Shown here piece after piece: positions 8,089 to 19,539 of a stretch of 64,000 bases of DNA. The stretch is from a virus. Numbering within the stretch: position 1 is the first letter of the stretch; every line of letters starts with the position of its first letter. The DNA lies in the IMG/VR virus record IMGVR_UViG_3300042691_009766, positions 6,391 through 70,390 of that record; one strand, given 5' to 3'. Both the position numbers and the translations under genes were made by a program. The notes below the pieces were generated by a model. The model was given only the letters and a program-made list of their open reading frames with translations, did no database searches and was not told the DNA's origin.

Positions 8089-10687
8089 GAACTTAGTTGG
8101 CGATATAGAGTCAGCGAATAATTCTCTTTCCAAAATGGAAAGGCTGCTAGAGAAACTCTCTCAAACTGCTGGTAAATTCACTACCACTTTAAGTCGTGGG
8201 CTGGGACCAGTAGGAAACGGTGGATTCGGTAACCGTGGTTATGGTGTTGGTTCACCGAACGTAATGAACCAGTCATTTGGTTCGTTTGGCTTTATGCCAC
8301 CTACTGGAAATGCTGGGGCAACATTCCAATGGGCTAACCGCATGAACATGGGCATCAGTGCCGCTCAAGGCGGTTTGCGTGCTGCTGGAGGTGCGGTTGT
8401 AGGTGGCTTTATGGCTATGCCAGATGTAGCCATGACCACAGCCCGTTCTACCGCTTTCTATGGGGCTAACCTTATTCAAGGTATGGGGGCTGGAGGACGA
8501 ACTAGAATTGCCAACGCCACTTTCGGGGCTATGAAGGGCGGCATTAGCGAGCCAGGATACGATGCAGCGACTGCGGCTATTCTAAGTAACATGGGCGTCA
8601 GCATGACTACTACTGGCGTTAATAAAAATCAATTTTCAACTTTGGCACGTTCCACTGCAAATGCCGCCAAATATTTAAACATAGATAACGTTTCTGCGGC
8701 TCAAGCATTAGGTGGGTTAACTCAGGGCAGTACTTCTAGTGCGTTGATGAGAAACTTTGGTATCTACACTACTAATCCAATTACTGGAGAGAGATTATCT
8801 CCTACTCAAATCTTTGCCCAGTTAAACCAGCGTATGACTGGTGGGCAGAAGTTGACCCGTGAACAGTTGATGACTTCGATGCAAGGTGGTGCTTTAGCAC
8901 AAAACCTACAGTTGTCTGGTCTTGATGCGACACAGCAGCAGTTAGCCTATCAATATATGCTTGATGCTGCTTCTGGTAAAAACATGGATTTAAGTGACGA
9001 CAAATTAATGGCAAGATTGCAAAAAGAAGCGGGTATTAACCCAATGCAATCTCAATACTCTGCTAACACTTCTCAAGCCGCAACTATGAACGCAGCATCC
9101 GATGCTTACATTGAGGGTATGAAAGAAGCCACTAAATACATTGGTCAATTCAATAAGGCAATGCAAGGCTTCTTAAAGAGTGAGCCTGGTAAGGCTATGG
9201 CTCGACTTAACGCTGGTGTTGACCTCGCTCAAAGAGACCCTAGTATTGCTGGTGGTATTGCGGGTGCTTCGATGGCTTTAGGTGGAGCAGGTCAACTTAT
9301 TGGGGCTGTTGCTGGTGGTGCTTACTTATCTCGTTTGTTAACTAAGCAGGGAATCATCGGTAAAGGCGGTGGAGCAGGAGTTCAGATTGGTGGTAAAACA
9401 TATAAGCCTGGACAGAAACTTCCTAAAGGGTATAAATGGGGCGGTAAAGGTGGCACAAGAGTAGTAGACGCTAAAGGAAGATTTGTTAGTGCAAATGCTT
9501 TAGCAAAAGGTGGGGCTGGTGCTTTATCTAAAGGTCTTGGCAAAGCGGTTCCAATTCTTGGTACTGCTTTAACTGGGTTTAGTTTGTATAACAACATTAT
9601 GGAAGGGGACATGCGTGGAATTGCAGGAGATGTTGGAGGTATCCTTGGTGGTTTAGGTGCCGCTGCTGGTCTTACTGCTGCTACTGGAGGTGTGGGTATT
9701 ATTGGTTCGACAGCGGCATATGCTGGTGGTTCTTTTGCGGGAAGTATGGCTGGTCAAGGTCTTTATGACTTCTTTACAGGAAGTGGCGGTAATGGTGGAC
9801 CAAATCTAATCGGCACAGGTTCAAACACCGCAACTGGTGGAGCCACTGCAAACTTTAAACTTATTCACCCTGTAGGTAAAGCAAACATTGTTTGTCGTTA
9901 TGGTCAATATGATGAACTTCACCCTAATGGTCACTGGGCAGTTGACTGGGCAGCAACCGAAGGTACCCCTATTATGGCGGCGGCTGATGGTACTGTGACA
10001 TTTACGGGCGGTAATGCAAGAAACACTATGGGCACATCAAACAACAGTTATGGTTTGCACATTAAAGTAGACCACGGAAACGGTTATACAACGCTGTATG
10101 CTCACGTCAGTGGATTTGATGCCAGTGTTGGTCAGCAAGTAAAGCAGGGTCAACCAATTGCACGTGTAGGAAATACTGGGTTTTCTCAGGCTCCTCACCT
10201 TCACTTTGAACTTTGGAAAGGCGGTCAAAGAATTGACCCTTCTCCTTTCCTAGGTGCAAATTATGCGGATAGTTCGGGTGGGGCTGGGTATAGTTCTGCC
10301 TCGTCAGGTTCAGCCAGTAATGGCATGATGGGAAGTGGTGACGCTGGGTTATTAGGGTTCAGTAGCGGTGCTGCTGGAAACGGGTTAAAGGTTCCTTCGT
10401 CGTATAAAGGTGCTGCAATTGGTCAAACTGGCATGGGAGGCGGAATTTCAAATGCTGCTACAGGAAGAAACCAAAAAGTATTAGGTCAAGCCAGTACTAG
10501 CACTAATGTGGGTGGAAGTATTGGAACTACAGGTAGTGGTGATGGACCTGGACCTAGAGGTGGAAATAACGTGGTAATTAATTTAACTATTGGTCAAGCA
10601 TCAGACTCCGAAGCAAGACGATTTGCCAAACTTGTTAAAGAGTATATTGACTCAGACACTTTAACTTCTAACATGGGGAGATTCTAA
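8078..10687 (+). CDS. tape measure protein with C-terminal M23 peptidase domain
   Basis: long A/G-rich protein; HWAVD, YAH, PHLHFE M23 motifs. Confidence 0.88.
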   Translation: MADKNLVGDIESANNSLSKMERLLEKLSQTAGKFTTTLSRGLGPVGNGGFGNRGYGVGSPNVMNQSFGSFGFMPPTGNAGATFQWANRMNMGISAAQGGLRAAGGAVVGGFMAMPDVAMTTARSTAFYGANLIQGMGAGGRTRIANATFGAMKGGISEPGYDAATAAILSNMGVSMTTTGVNKNQFSTLARSTANAAKYLNIDNVSAAQALGGLTQGSTSSALMRNFGIYTTNPITGERLSPTQIFAQLNQRMTGGQKLTREQLMTSMQGGALAQNLQLSGLDATQQQLAYQYMLDAASGKNMDLSDDKLMARLQKEAGINPMQSQYSANTSQAATMNAASDAYIEGMKEATKYIGQFNKAMQGFLKSEPGKAMARLNAGVDLAQRDPSIAGGIAGASMALGGAGQLIGAVAGGAYLSRLLTKQGIIGKGGGAGVQIGGKTYKPGQKLPKGYKWGGKGGTRVVDAKGRFVSANALAKGGAGALSKGLGKAVPILGTALTGFSLYNNIMEGDMRGIAGDVGGILGGLGAAAGLTAATGGVGIIGSTAAYAGGSFAGSMAGQGLYDFFTGSGGNGGPNLIGTGSNTATGGATANFKLIHPVGKANIVCRYGQYDELHPNGHWAVDWAATEGTPIMAAADGTVTFTGGNARNTMGTSNNSYGLHIKVDHGNGYTTLYAHVSGFDASVGQQVKQGQPIARVGNTGFSQAPHLHFELWKGGQRIDPSPFLGANYADSSGGAGYSSASSGSASNGMMGSGDAGLLGFSSGAAGNGLKVPSSYKGAAIGQTGMGGGISNAATGRNQKVLGQASTSTNVGGSIGTTGSGDGPGPRGGNNVVINLTIGQASDSEARRFAKLVKEYIDSDTLTSNMGRF

Positions 10688-12414
10688 TGGCTACACCAGA
10701 ACGTTTACCTCAATATCTTTATGACAATCTAAACATCGCTCGTAAAAATAAACGATTAGCAAAAAAGTGTAGAGATGCCGCTAAAGAAATGGCAGATTCC
10801 GCATTTAACCGAATTAAATACACCAAAATTAAAATTAATTCCTATTCAGTGAATAGCGGAGTTGTTTATTTGCAACTAACTGCTGGAATTAATGCCTTCA
10901 GTTCTAAATTTACTTCTAATCATTGGATTAAAGGAATCGATGCAGTTGGCGTTAGAGGTTTAATTGATAACGATTTTAGTTTTCAATCTGGCTCTACAGT
11001 AAACGTTCAATATAACACTGGAGCACCTAACATATCGCTAACTGCTGGTTTAAAAAGTGCCTTTGTGTATTCAGTGGACCCAAATAAAGGCTCATTACCA
11101 GATGTAATTTCTACAGATTGGTCTACACTGCTAAAAAAATACGGAGGACCTGAGGATTACCGTGAATTTCCTGACGGGTTTGATGAAAGACATGACAAAA
11201 ACAATATAGTCCCTACTAATAAAGGTTTGGGAAAAGTAGATGACGTTACTTGGGCATATGAAACCCACCGCTATCTTCAGTTTTTAGAAAGATGGTTACA
11301 AACAAAAACTAAAGAATTTAATGAGGCAAACAAGGCTCTACAAAACTCCAGAAAAACAACTACAACTGCAACATCTCCAAAAAAACCAACTACCACTGGC
11401 ACAACTACCCCAGACAAACCTAACAGCACAGGAAATGGGTATGTTGGTATAGGCGATGATAGAAAGCCTGTTATCTATAACCTACCTGCCGTAAAAGAGC
11501 AGTATTTTCAAAGTACAAATTTAAAAAACTTTAAAGTTTTGGATGGGAACGTCCCTAAGGCTGTGAAGTATGCTTCGCAACTTTGGAATCAGAGTGGTGC
11601 TTACAAAGGAATGATTCAGAGTTATATTGTTCCAGGAAAACTTTCTAAAGAAGCACAGTTCTTTAAACCTCAAGATATTAAAGGTGTCGATGGTAATAGA
11701 AACATTAACCGTAGACGTTATGGCTTTCAGTTTCAATATAATCCTTCTACTTTAACAATGGGATATGCTGGAGCCCCTCAAGTCGACGTGGGGTTAGTAA
11801 CTAGCGGTAATGACGCCGTAAACTTAATTGGTTCTGGGGTTACAAGTAGCACTATTAATTTCCGTTTATTGTTAAACCGCATGAACGACATGAAATACGC
11901 TGATGCTATATTAGCGGGAACTAAGCCCGCTGACTCATTTATACCTTCCCCTAAAGTTGGAGGTCTTTATATTCCAGATTCAGAAGTTGTATTGCCTATC
12001 AAAGATATTTATTCTCATCTAGGTAATCACCCAGCCCAACCTAATGCCGAATATGGTATTACAAGTTATTGGGAAGAAGTTCAAGCAATTAAAGAATTGG
12101 GCACAATGTACGACCTAGAGTATTTATTACGCTCTTTGCTTGGATACCAGTTGATGAGTTCTATGAGAAACAGACTTTCCTCTGACATAGGGTATTTAGG
12201 TGCATATCCTGTCGAATTGCATTTAGGTAAAAACTTAAGATACCTAGTTATTATTGAAAACTTCTCTGTTAGCCACACCATTTTTACTGAAGATATGATT
12301 CCAGTGTTTACAAACGTAGATATAACTGTAAGTCGTCTTCCTGACTTTGCTAAACCTCTCTATGAGTTTGACTGGACTAAAAAGACAACAGTAAAGAAGG
12401 ACCCTAAACCATGA
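10687..12414 (+). CDS. putative tail tube initiator/baseplate protein
   Basis: FQFQYNP motif, position after tape measure. Confidence 0.6.
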   Translation: MATPERLPQYLYDNLNIARKNKRLAKKCRDAAKEMADSAFNRIKYTKIKINSYSVNSGVVYLQLTAGINAFSSKFTSNHWIKGIDAVGVRGLIDNDFSFQSGSTVNVQYNTGAPNISLTAGLKSAFVYSVDPNKGSLPDVISTDWSTLLKKYGGPEDYREFPDGFDERHDKNNIVPTNKGLGKVDDVTWAYETHRYLQFLERWLQTKTKEFNEANKALQNSRKTTTTATSPKKPTTTGTTTPDKPNSTGNGYVGIGDDRKPVIYNLPAVKEQYFQSTNLKNFKVLDGNVPKAVKYASQLWNQSGAYKGMIQSYIVPGKLSKEAQFFKPQDIKGVDGNRNINRRRYGFQFQYNPSTLTMGYAGAPQVDVGLVTSGNDAVNLIGSGVTSSTINFRLLLNRMNDMKYADAILAGTKPADSFIPSPKVGGLYIPDSEVVLPIKDIYSHLGNHPAQPNAEYGITSYWEEVQAIKELGTMYDLEYLLRSLLGYQLMSSMRNRLSSDIGYLGAYPVELHLGKNLRYLVIIENFSVSHTIFTEDMIPVFTNVDITVSRLPDFAKPLYEFDWTKKTTVKKDPKP

Positions 12415-12686
12415 TTTATTCTGATAGCCGCTATGCCACTGGAAGAATTTTTAAGGCTGTGGATTCAAGGACCGCTAAAGCCCAGATTACTGTGACTAGG
12501 ATTTATCCTAGCCTTCAAGAACAGTATTACACCTATGTCTGGAAAGAAGGAGACCGCATAGATGTTATTGCTCAACGCCTCTACTCTAGTAGCGATAAAT
12601 GGCATCACATTATGGATTACAACCCAGAAATATTAGACCCTAGCGGTATTGCTCCTGGAACTATTTTGAGGATGCCAAGTGACTGA
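12411..12686 (+). CDS. LysM/tail-X-like baseplate protein
   Basis: EGDRIDVIA..LY...WHHIMDYNP..I.PGTILRMP. Confidence 0.85.
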   Translation: MIYSDSRYATGRIFKAVDSRTAKAQITVTRIYPSLQEQYYTYVWKEGDRIDVIAQRLYSSSDKWHHIMDYNPEILDPSGIAPGTILRMPSD

Positions 12687-13959
12687 GTTAATTACTTCTT
12701 CAAAATATCGTAGAGGAACCACCTATAGCGTGGAGTTTCCTACCTTACCTTCTTTGTCATTTTTGCCGAGAAGAGTCGAACTTATACAAGAGCCTTACTG
12801 CCATGATGTATTAATTATGGAGTTTGGTCAAACCAGCCCAAAATGGTTTGAATTGGTGAAGACTGGTGTGCCAATTAAGTTTGGCTGGAAGCAGGGAAGC
12901 CTAAGCAAAACATGGGTGGGTTATGTTTCTTTCATTAAAAAGAATGTGGAAGGTAGCCGCTCTCAAATCATGGAAGTGCATTGCATCGGCTCAACTTTTT
13001 CTTTAAAAGAATCTGCGACCAAAGTGTTCTTAAACAAATCTATTCCTGAAATAGTTAAAGAGATTGTTACTGACTACGGGTTTAAATTTGTTGGTGAAGA
13101 CAACAATGTTAAGTTTGAGCAACTCGCTATCGCTGGGCACTCTTATTGGGAATGGATTCAAGAACACGCTAAAAGTATTGGTTATGGGGTTTTGGTGGAG
13201 AACATGACGTTCTACTTTAGACCTCTAGATAAATTAATTGACCAAAATATTACAAATGTTCCAGTTCTAAGCATGAACACTAAGCAATGGGGTATTGGCA
13301 ATGAGGCTTTAGATAGAACATTGGATTCTTTTAAAGTTATTAATGGTGAGCATGTGGAGACAAGGGGAAACATGCGAACTAACAAGCAACTTGGTGGAGT
13401 TGACCCATTAACTAACGAAGTAATTATTTCTATTTCTTCTCCTGACGCTGTTGGAGAAAATCTTAGAGCGATAAGTAATGACGTTTTATTTAATGAAGTT
13501 GATTCGTCTAAAGTATCGAATAGCCAAGAAACTGCTGAAGTATTGTCGGAGGGCTCCGCTCATCTGGGAAGGTTTAACATGCCAGCAAGGGTTACTTGCC
13601 AAGGTGACCCAAGAATTAGACCTTTTGCACCTGTTTTAATTCAGGGAACTGGAAATTTAACGGATGGTTTTTGGATAGCCAAAGAGGTAAAGCACATGTT
13701 TGCCATGATAGGTGATTACCAGATTGAAATGAAAGCCGCTATTGACGGGATTGGCTATGACACAAAGTTTTCTAGAAAAGACGGTATTCAGAGCCCTGCT
13801 GGAGTGGTAAACTTAACTGAAGCAATCTCTGGTAATAATCAAATTTCAAGCAATGAAAAAGTTGTTTTAAATGGATTAAAACCTACAATGCTAGAGGCAA
13901 ACCAGGGCTATAAACGCACCCCAGTTAAGTGGTCAAACATATTTGTAGGAGATAGATAA
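12679..13959 (+). CDS. baseplate hub protein (gpD/gp27-like)
   Basis: synteny; GDPRIRP, G.W....VKH motifs. Confidence 0.75.
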   Translation: MTELITSSKYRRGTTYSVEFPTLPSLSFLPRRVELIQEPYCHDVLIMEFGQTSPKWFELVKTGVPIKFGWKQGSLSKTWVGYVSFIKKNVEGSRSQIMEVHCIGSTFSLKESATKVFLNKSIPEIVKEIVTDYGFKFVGEDNNVKFEQLAIAGHSYWEWIQEHAKSIGYGVLVENMTFYFRPLDKLIDQNITNVPVLSMNTKQWGIGNEALDRTLDSFKVINGEHVETRGNMRTNKQLGGVDPLTNEVIISISSPDAVGENLRAISNDVLFNEVDSSKVSNSQETAEVLSEGSAHLGRFNMPARVTCQGDPRIRPFAPVLIQGTGNLTDGFWIAKEVKHMFAMIGDYQIEMKAAIDGIGYDTKFSRKDGIQSPAGVVNLTEAISGNNQISSNEKVVLNGLKPTMLEANQGYKRTPVKWSNIFVGDR

Positions 13960-14360
13960 TGGCTAATACTGAGTACACTGTTAGTTTGCCTTTTACTCTT
14001 GGGTTTACGGGTTCAGTAGAGACCACAATAGACCAAACTAAAATTTGGTCTGACAAGGTTTTAACCGTAGTGGGAACTGCTTTAGGTGAGCGTACCCAGC
14101 GGTACTACTTTGGAAGCAAAGTTCATTTTGAAGCATTTGAAAATGTTGAACAGGCTAAAGAAGGTATTGAAAAAGCGGTATCAGAAGCATTTTCAGCATA
14201 TCTTCCACTATTAACTTTTAGGGGAATAAGAAGTTCTTACAGCCCTGATACTGGGCAATTAAATGTCACAATCCTATATTCGCTTCCTGATGAGGCATTA
14301 AGTGAAGTAAAAATAGGCAATGTTCAAATTGACGGCAATCAACCACCTAAGGAATTTTAA
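13959..14360 (+). CDS. baseplate wedge protein (gp25/gpW-like)
   Basis: SLPF, T.LGER....FGS motif. Confidence 0.8.
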   Translation: MANTEYTVSLPFTLGFTGSVETTIDQTKIWSDKVLTVVGTALGERTQRYYFGSKVHFEAFENVEQAKEGIEKAVSEAFSAYLPLLTFRGIRSSYSPDTGQLNVTILYSLPDEALSEVKIGNVQIDGNQPPKEF

Positions 14361-16249
14361 TGGCTGAGAAAAAAATAACCACATCTATCGATTACACCAG
14401 TAGAGACTTCTTTTCAATTAGAGAAGACTTAATTACTCGTATAAAGAACCGAGTGGACGCTAATGGTAAAGTATGGAATGGAAGTGACCCTGCTGATTTT
14501 GGAGTAGCAATCGTTGAAGCCTTTGCTCATGTCGGTGATTTAACTAACTATTACATTGATAGGGCGGCAAATGAGTCTTACATCGGAACTGCTACACAAC
14601 GCCAGACGCTTTTAAACTTGGCGTCAATGTATGGCTATCAAGTGTCAGGATGGCGTCAGGCTTATGTGGATGTGACTATAAGCAATAGCGGTGCTACCAG
14701 CCTAGTTGTTCCTGCTAACACACTGTTCTCGGTAACAATCACTGTGACCACTAATGGCTCGTCAACTACCTACCAAGAGTATTACACTCTTCAAGATGAT
14801 GTGACTGTGGGCGGGGGTGGCACTGCCGCAGGAGTTTTAATTCATGGCAGAAATGTGAGTGCTATAGACAGTAACGCCGCAGATGTAAGCGACCCATACG
14901 ATATCCCTGGTGAACGTTTAGGTTATTCGGACGGGTTTTCTAATCAGTCGTATCGACTAAAGTACAATCAGGTGGCTGAAGGAACTGTTGAAGTATTTGT
15001 GCGAAACGGTAATTCTTTTGATAAATGGTCTGAAGTTACCAATCTAAGTGAATATGGACCACAGGAGTTTGTTTACACAATAACTTATGATGGCGATAAT
15101 TACGCTTACATAAATTTTGGTGATGGAGTTTCTGGTTCTATACCAGTATTTGGCGATGATATTAAAGCACAATACTACGTTGGTGGTGGGCTAATCGGAA
15201 ACATTGAGGGCGGAAAGTCGTTCTCTATAGTTAGTGTTCCGCTATCTAGTGGAGTTTTAAAGGCAGATTTAACCCCAATCTCCGTAAGCAATAGCGAGTC
15301 GGGTTATGGTGGAGAGGACCCAGAGTCCAACGATAGTATCAGGCTGAACGCCCCAGCCGCCTTACGGTCTTCACAACGTGCTGTTAGTTTAGATGATTTT
15401 AAGAGTTTGGCTTTAAGTGTCGCAGGGGTGGGTAAGGCTGCCGCATATGCTTCTGCACCTACCTCTATCAATGTATATGTGGGACCGAGTGTATCCGATA
15501 CATCTAATGATTACTTTCCTGGATTTGCGGCAAACGGAACTACTTTAAAAACAAGTTGGACAGATTTACAGTCAATCGTAAGTTCAGAATTTGGTGGAAG
15601 AACGCAGATTGGAACTACTGTCACTATTCTTCCTCCTGCGTATGTTCCTGCGGATGTAGTAGTTGAATATGTTGCGGAAACTGGTTACTCTGATTCGCAA
15701 ATTATTACTGCCCTAAACGCAGGGGTAGTGTTTGATTACGGCTATAACTACCTAGACTTTAACCAGAACATAAGACCAGAAAAACTGGAGCAAAGCCTCA
15801 GTAGTATTGATGGTGTTGATTCGGTTAAGGTAGTCGAACTTTATCGTAATGGGGCTAGTGCGGCTCGAACCACTCTGGTTCCAGCGGCTGGTGAATACTT
15901 TGTATTTAAGGATGTTAATACAAAGATTTATCCAATCTGTAGTTTGAGAAATCTTGTTGTAACTATTGGTAACGGAACTATGCCTACCTTTAATGCCCTA
16001 GTTAAAACCTATGCTTTTACTAGCACAAGTTCCACGATGACATTTACTCCAACATCAGTAAATACGGCTTCTACTCTTACCTATACTTTTACTAATGGTT
16101 CGGGAACAGTGACTGGTCCGACATCTATCACAAGTGGTGTTGCCTCTTCGTCATTAACTTTGACTACAGGTCTAAACACAATTGCCGTAACTTCTACTTC
16201 TTCCGATAGCCTCAACACAAACACTTATTACATCAAGGTAACTAAGTAA
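14360..16249 (+). CDS. baseplate wedge protein (gpJ/gp6-like)
   Basis: DYTSRDF, FGDG, GGEDPES..IR..AP, RAVSLDDF. Confidence 0.9.
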   Translation: MAEKKITTSIDYTSRDFFSIREDLITRIKNRVDANGKVWNGSDPADFGVAIVEAFAHVGDLTNYYIDRAANESYIGTATQRQTLLNLASMYGYQVSGWRQAYVDVTISNSGATSLVVPANTLFSVTITVTTNGSSTTYQEYYTLQDDVTVGGGGTAAGVLIHGRNVSAIDSNAADVSDPYDIPGERLGYSDGFSNQSYRLKYNQVAEGTVEVFVRNGNSFDKWSEVTNLSEYGPQEFVYTITYDGDNYAYINFGDGVSGSIPVFGDDIKAQYYVGGGLIGNIEGGKSFSIVSVPLSSGVLKADLTPISVSNSESGYGGEDPESNDSIRLNAPAALRSSQRAVSLDDFKSLALSVAGVGKAAAYASAPTSINVYVGPSVSDTSNDYFPGFAANGTTLKTSWTDLQSIVSSEFGGRTQIGTTVTILPPAYVPADVVVEYVAETGYSDSQIITALNAGVVFDYGYNYLDFNQNIRPEKLEQSLSSIDGVDSVKVVELYRNGASAARTTLVPAAGEYFVFKDVNTKIYPICSLRNLVVTIGNGTMPTFNALVKTYAFTSTSSTMTFTPTSVNTASTLTYTFTNGSGTVTGPTSITSGVASSSLTLTTGLNTIAVTSTSSDSLNTNTYYIKVTK

Positions 16250-16962
16250 TGTTAAAAGATGCCTCAGGTAATCGGAGATTTTATGGAGTTTATAGAGCGG
16301 TTGTTGTAGATAATAACGACCCTTTAGAGCAAGACAGGCTGCGATTAAAGGTTCCTCAAGTTCTTTTAGAAGAAGAAACTGGTTGGGCTTGGGGTGTAAA
16401 GCAAACTGGTAAACAGACTATCTTGCCTAGCATTGGTTCTGGTGTGTTTGTAATGTTTGAAGGGGGAGACCCTTCTTTTCCTATCTGGCTTGGAACATTT
16501 GTTGATGTGCCACCGATGGCGGTTAGATGGAGCCCCGATTTTAATGCGACTGGTATGACGTTTACTGGTTCTGGAACTACCTACCCTACCTACAACAGTT
16601 ACTATGTGAAGCAAGGACAGTTGGTGACTTTTAACATTAAAATTTTAATGTCTACTGTAACTAATTTTGGTACTGGTCAATACAAGACCGAACTTCCCTT
16701 TTTGCCTATAGCAAGTGCTGCAAACCATTTTTCTACATGGGCGTGGGTTGACCCCAGTCAGCCGCCAGACGAATTGAATGGTCACATACAGTTAGTGGCA
16801 GACCATTTACCTAACACGAAAGCCTTAGATTTACATTGGCTTAAAGAAACTACGGCATCTCCCAAGCCAGTTATTGAAAGCCAATTAATCCAAGGAACGC
16901 CAATGACCTTTACTACAGCCAGTTTTATCTATATCAACGGAACCTACATTTCGGCGGAATAG
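16249..16962 (+). CDS. baseplate spike (gpV/gp5 OB-fold)
   Basis: YGVYRAVVVDNNDP...RLRLKVP, P.IG..V.VMFEGGDP.FPIW.G. Confidence 0.88.
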   Translation: MLKDASGNRRFYGVYRAVVVDNNDPLEQDRLRLKVPQVLLEEETGWAWGVKQTGKQTILPSIGSGVFVMFEGGDPSFPIWLGTFVDVPPMAVRWSPDFNATGMTFTGSGTTYPTYNSYYVKQGQLVTFNIKILMSTVTNFGTGQYKTELPFLPIASAANHFSTWAWVDPSQPPDELNGHIQLVADHLPNTKALDLHWLKETTASPKPVIESQLIQGTPMTFTTASFIYINGTYISAE

Positions 16963-17023
16963 CCGTACACCCTGAAAAACTAGCCTTAATCAGGCAAACT
17001 AGAAGAAAGACTTAGGAGTTTAA

Positions 17024-17428
17024 ATGGCAGCGACCTACCCTTCCAGCGTAAAAACCTTCATAAATAAAGTAGACAATACTGATGCAGTTATTGCCTCGGA
17101 CGTTAACTTGGCTTATGAGGAAATCACCGCTATAGAAACAACCATAGGAGTTACTCCCGCAGTATCCAGTACTTGGTCAGGAAGTTTTAGCACAACCTCA
17201 ACAAATAACTTCAACACAATAGGTGCGAGATTAAACAATATTGAATACGGTTTGTACACGGCGTATAACAACCGTGTGAGTACTGGTGGTGGGTCAACAA
17301 TTGCTTCTACAAGCACCACAGTGGGGCTAACTTTGTCTACATCTGGTTCGGGTAATCTATTGTCTGCTGGAAACACTGTAATTAATTCAAGTGGGAACAT
17401 TGTGACACTTGATGGCGGAACTGCTTAG
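17024..17428 (+). CDS. minor tail/fibre-associated protein
   Basis: AGGAG RBS; S/T/G-rich, ends DGGTA. Confidence 0.6.
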   Translation: MAATYPSSVKTFINKVDNTDAVIASDVNLAYEEITAIETTIGVTPAVSSTWSGSFSTTSTNNFNTIGARLNNIEYGLYTAYNNRVSTGGGSTIASTSTTVGLTLSTSGSGNLLSAGNTVINSSGNIVTLDGGTA

Positions 17429-17439
17429 GAGAGCCCAGA

Positions 17440-19539
17440 TTGGGTGTTTACAATACATTTGATTGGGGCGACGGCACGCTTTACGGAGATGTGTCTAAAG
17501 TTGCGTATTCTGCGTCTCCTTTAACTGCTGTCGCTATTGGCTCGACCACATACCAAGAACAAGTTGTTGTAGGAATGTCGGGCGGCAGCCCCGTCATGGG
17601 AGAGAAAAGCATAACTCGTCCACGAGTAGATTTAACTTGGGCTACCCCGACTGGAAGCGTTTATGGATTTAGAGTGGTCAGAAACCAAGATGGGTTTTCT
17701 GAGACTGAGGAGGATGGTCACGTTATATTTGAGACCTATTCCCCAGCCATTCCTGAAGAGAACTACTTTACCGATGAAATGTATGAAATACCTCTCAGCG
17801 AAAACATGTACGCCTATTACACTATTTGGCTTTTAGTTTTAAACTCTGATGGTACTTATAGTTGGGTAATTGGGGCTTACACCTATTGCCTAATTCCTAA
17901 AGAACACTCCATTAAAACTCCTGAAGGAAATCTGTATAAGACTTCGGAGCGTAAATTCATTGAACTTTTCCCAAAAGTCTATACAACTGAAATGCAAAGT
18001 TACTTAGATGAGGTTAGCGAAACTTCAGATTTGCGTATTTTCTTGGGCGGTTTTGGCTACACTCTGGATGAGATTTTAACTTATGCCGATTTACTTATCC
18101 CAGACTATTCAGGTAAGTCAACCAATCCAAACATGGTTGATTTACAAGCACAGCAATTAGGTCTGCCTAAAGAACCTACATTGAGTATTCAAAGAAAAAA
18201 GGCGTTAATTAGAAACGCTTTTACTATCAATAAACTTAGGGGAAGTGTTGACTCAGTTTCTTTACTTGCTAAAAGTTTAAGTGGGTATGCTGTTCAAACA
18301 TCTGTTTCACCTAACTTATTGTTGAATATTCAAGACAGTTCTTTCTACAAAGGAACTGGTCATTGGGAACTGAGTAGCGGTACTTTAACTTCTAACTTAA
18401 CGACTGGTGCTACTGACCTGCCATTTCAAACAGAGGTCTTCTCGGTTGATAGAAGTTACACGGGGAAGGCAATAACTTCGGGTTCTGATGCAATCTTATC
18501 TTTAGGTTTATCAAGCCCTAAATTAAAAGGCATACCTGTAATTGCTGGTGTTGAATACGAGTTTTCATACTACATAAAAGATGGCTCAAATAATGCGACT
18601 CCATACATCAAGTGGTATGACAGGTTCGGAGTAGTAATTGGCTCTGCTATTGCTGGTACTGCTGTTAATTACGCTGGTTCTTGGGGGCAAACCACGCTTG
18701 TTGCAACAGCACCAAATGATGCCTACTTTGCTTCTGTAGAAATTAAGTTGTCTACTGCTGGAACTTACTATGTAGACATGGTGCAGTTTGCCACTACCTC
18801 TGATGCACGCTATGTGGATTACTATGAAGCCCGTGGGGTGGGGATTCATTTAGAGCCTACCAAAGTTAATTACGCTAAAAATCCATCCATGAACAGTTCC
18901 ACCAGTTGGACGCTTAGTGGTGCTACAGCCGTCTATACCAATAACAGTACTGTTCCAGGAATTAGCCTGGACGGTACAAAGATGACTACTATGACTACCA
19001 GTGCTTCAACCAGTTTTTCTTTAGCCACCACTACGGACAGCATAATTAAGTCTGGAAAGTATTATACTTTCTCTATTTACGCCAAGACTACTTCTGGTAC
19101 TCAAGCAGCGGATTTTAAATTAGAGGTTCTTGACTCTGGAAGTACAGTTATAGCCTCCAAGACTCTAAGTAGCCAAACCATAAACACAACTTGGAATAGG
19201 TTTGTTGTTTCCGTATTTGTGCCTTTTGTTTTGGATAGCATTTCGTTAAAAGCCACTGTTTTGGGAACAGGTAACGGCTCTGTAATAGACCTTGATGCGG
19301 CTCTTATTGAAGAAGGCTATGGTGCAAGCGACTACTTTGACGGTGGTTACACCAGTCGTGGAGCATATTGGTCAGGAACAGCGTCTAACTCTGCCTCCGT
19401 AATTTACAGAAACAAATCCCCTAAAGTTAACCGCATAATGTCTGAAGTCCCTAATTATTTGCCTTTGAATACTGCGTTTGTAGTCACGTCAGGTTTTAAC
19501 GGGACAGTGGTGTTGGAAAATTCTGGTATGTCGTCATAA
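17440..19539 (+). CDS. baseplate/tail protein (gpI/gp7-like) with carbohydrate-binding-like modules
   Basis: repeated NP/NLL..SF...W and YFDG motifs, YTFSIYAK. Confidence 0.65.
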   Translation: MGVYNTFDWGDGTLYGDVSKVAYSASPLTAVAIGSTTYQEQVVVGMSGGSPVMGEKSITRPRVDLTWATPTGSVYGFRVVRNQDGFSETEEDGHVIFETYSPAIPEENYFTDEMYEIPLSENMYAYYTIWLLVLNSDGTYSWVIGAYTYCLIPKEHSIKTPEGNLYKTSERKFIELFPKVYTTEMQSYLDEVSETSDLRIFLGGFGYTLDEILTYADLLIPDYSGKSTNPNMVDLQAQQLGLPKEPTLSIQRKKALIRNAFTINKLRGSVDSVSLLAKSLSGYAVQTSVSPNLLLNIQDSSFYKGTGHWELSSGTLTSNLTTGATDLPFQTEVFSVDRSYTGKAITSGSDAILSLGLSSPKLKGIPVIAGVEYEFSYYIKDGSNNATPYIKWYDRFGVVIGSAIAGTAVNYAGSWGQTTLVATAPNDAYFASVEIKLSTAGTYYVDMVQFATTSDARYVDYYEARGVGIHLEPTKVNYAKNPSMNSSTSWTLSGATAVYTNNSTVPGISLDGTKMTTMTTSASTSFSLATTTDSIIKSGKYYTFSIYAKTTSGTQAADFKLEVLDSGSTVIASKTLSSQTINTTWNRFVVSVFVPFVLDSISLKATVLGTGNGSVIDLDAALIEEGYGASDYFDGGYTSRGAYWSGTASNSASVIYRNKSPKVNRIMSEVPNYLPLNTAFVVTSGFNGTVVLENSGMSS

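Noticed and set aside
4794-19539. Tailocin or extracellular contractile injection system
   Set aside because: Contiguous with a complete phage replication module and early genes; no host genes seen.
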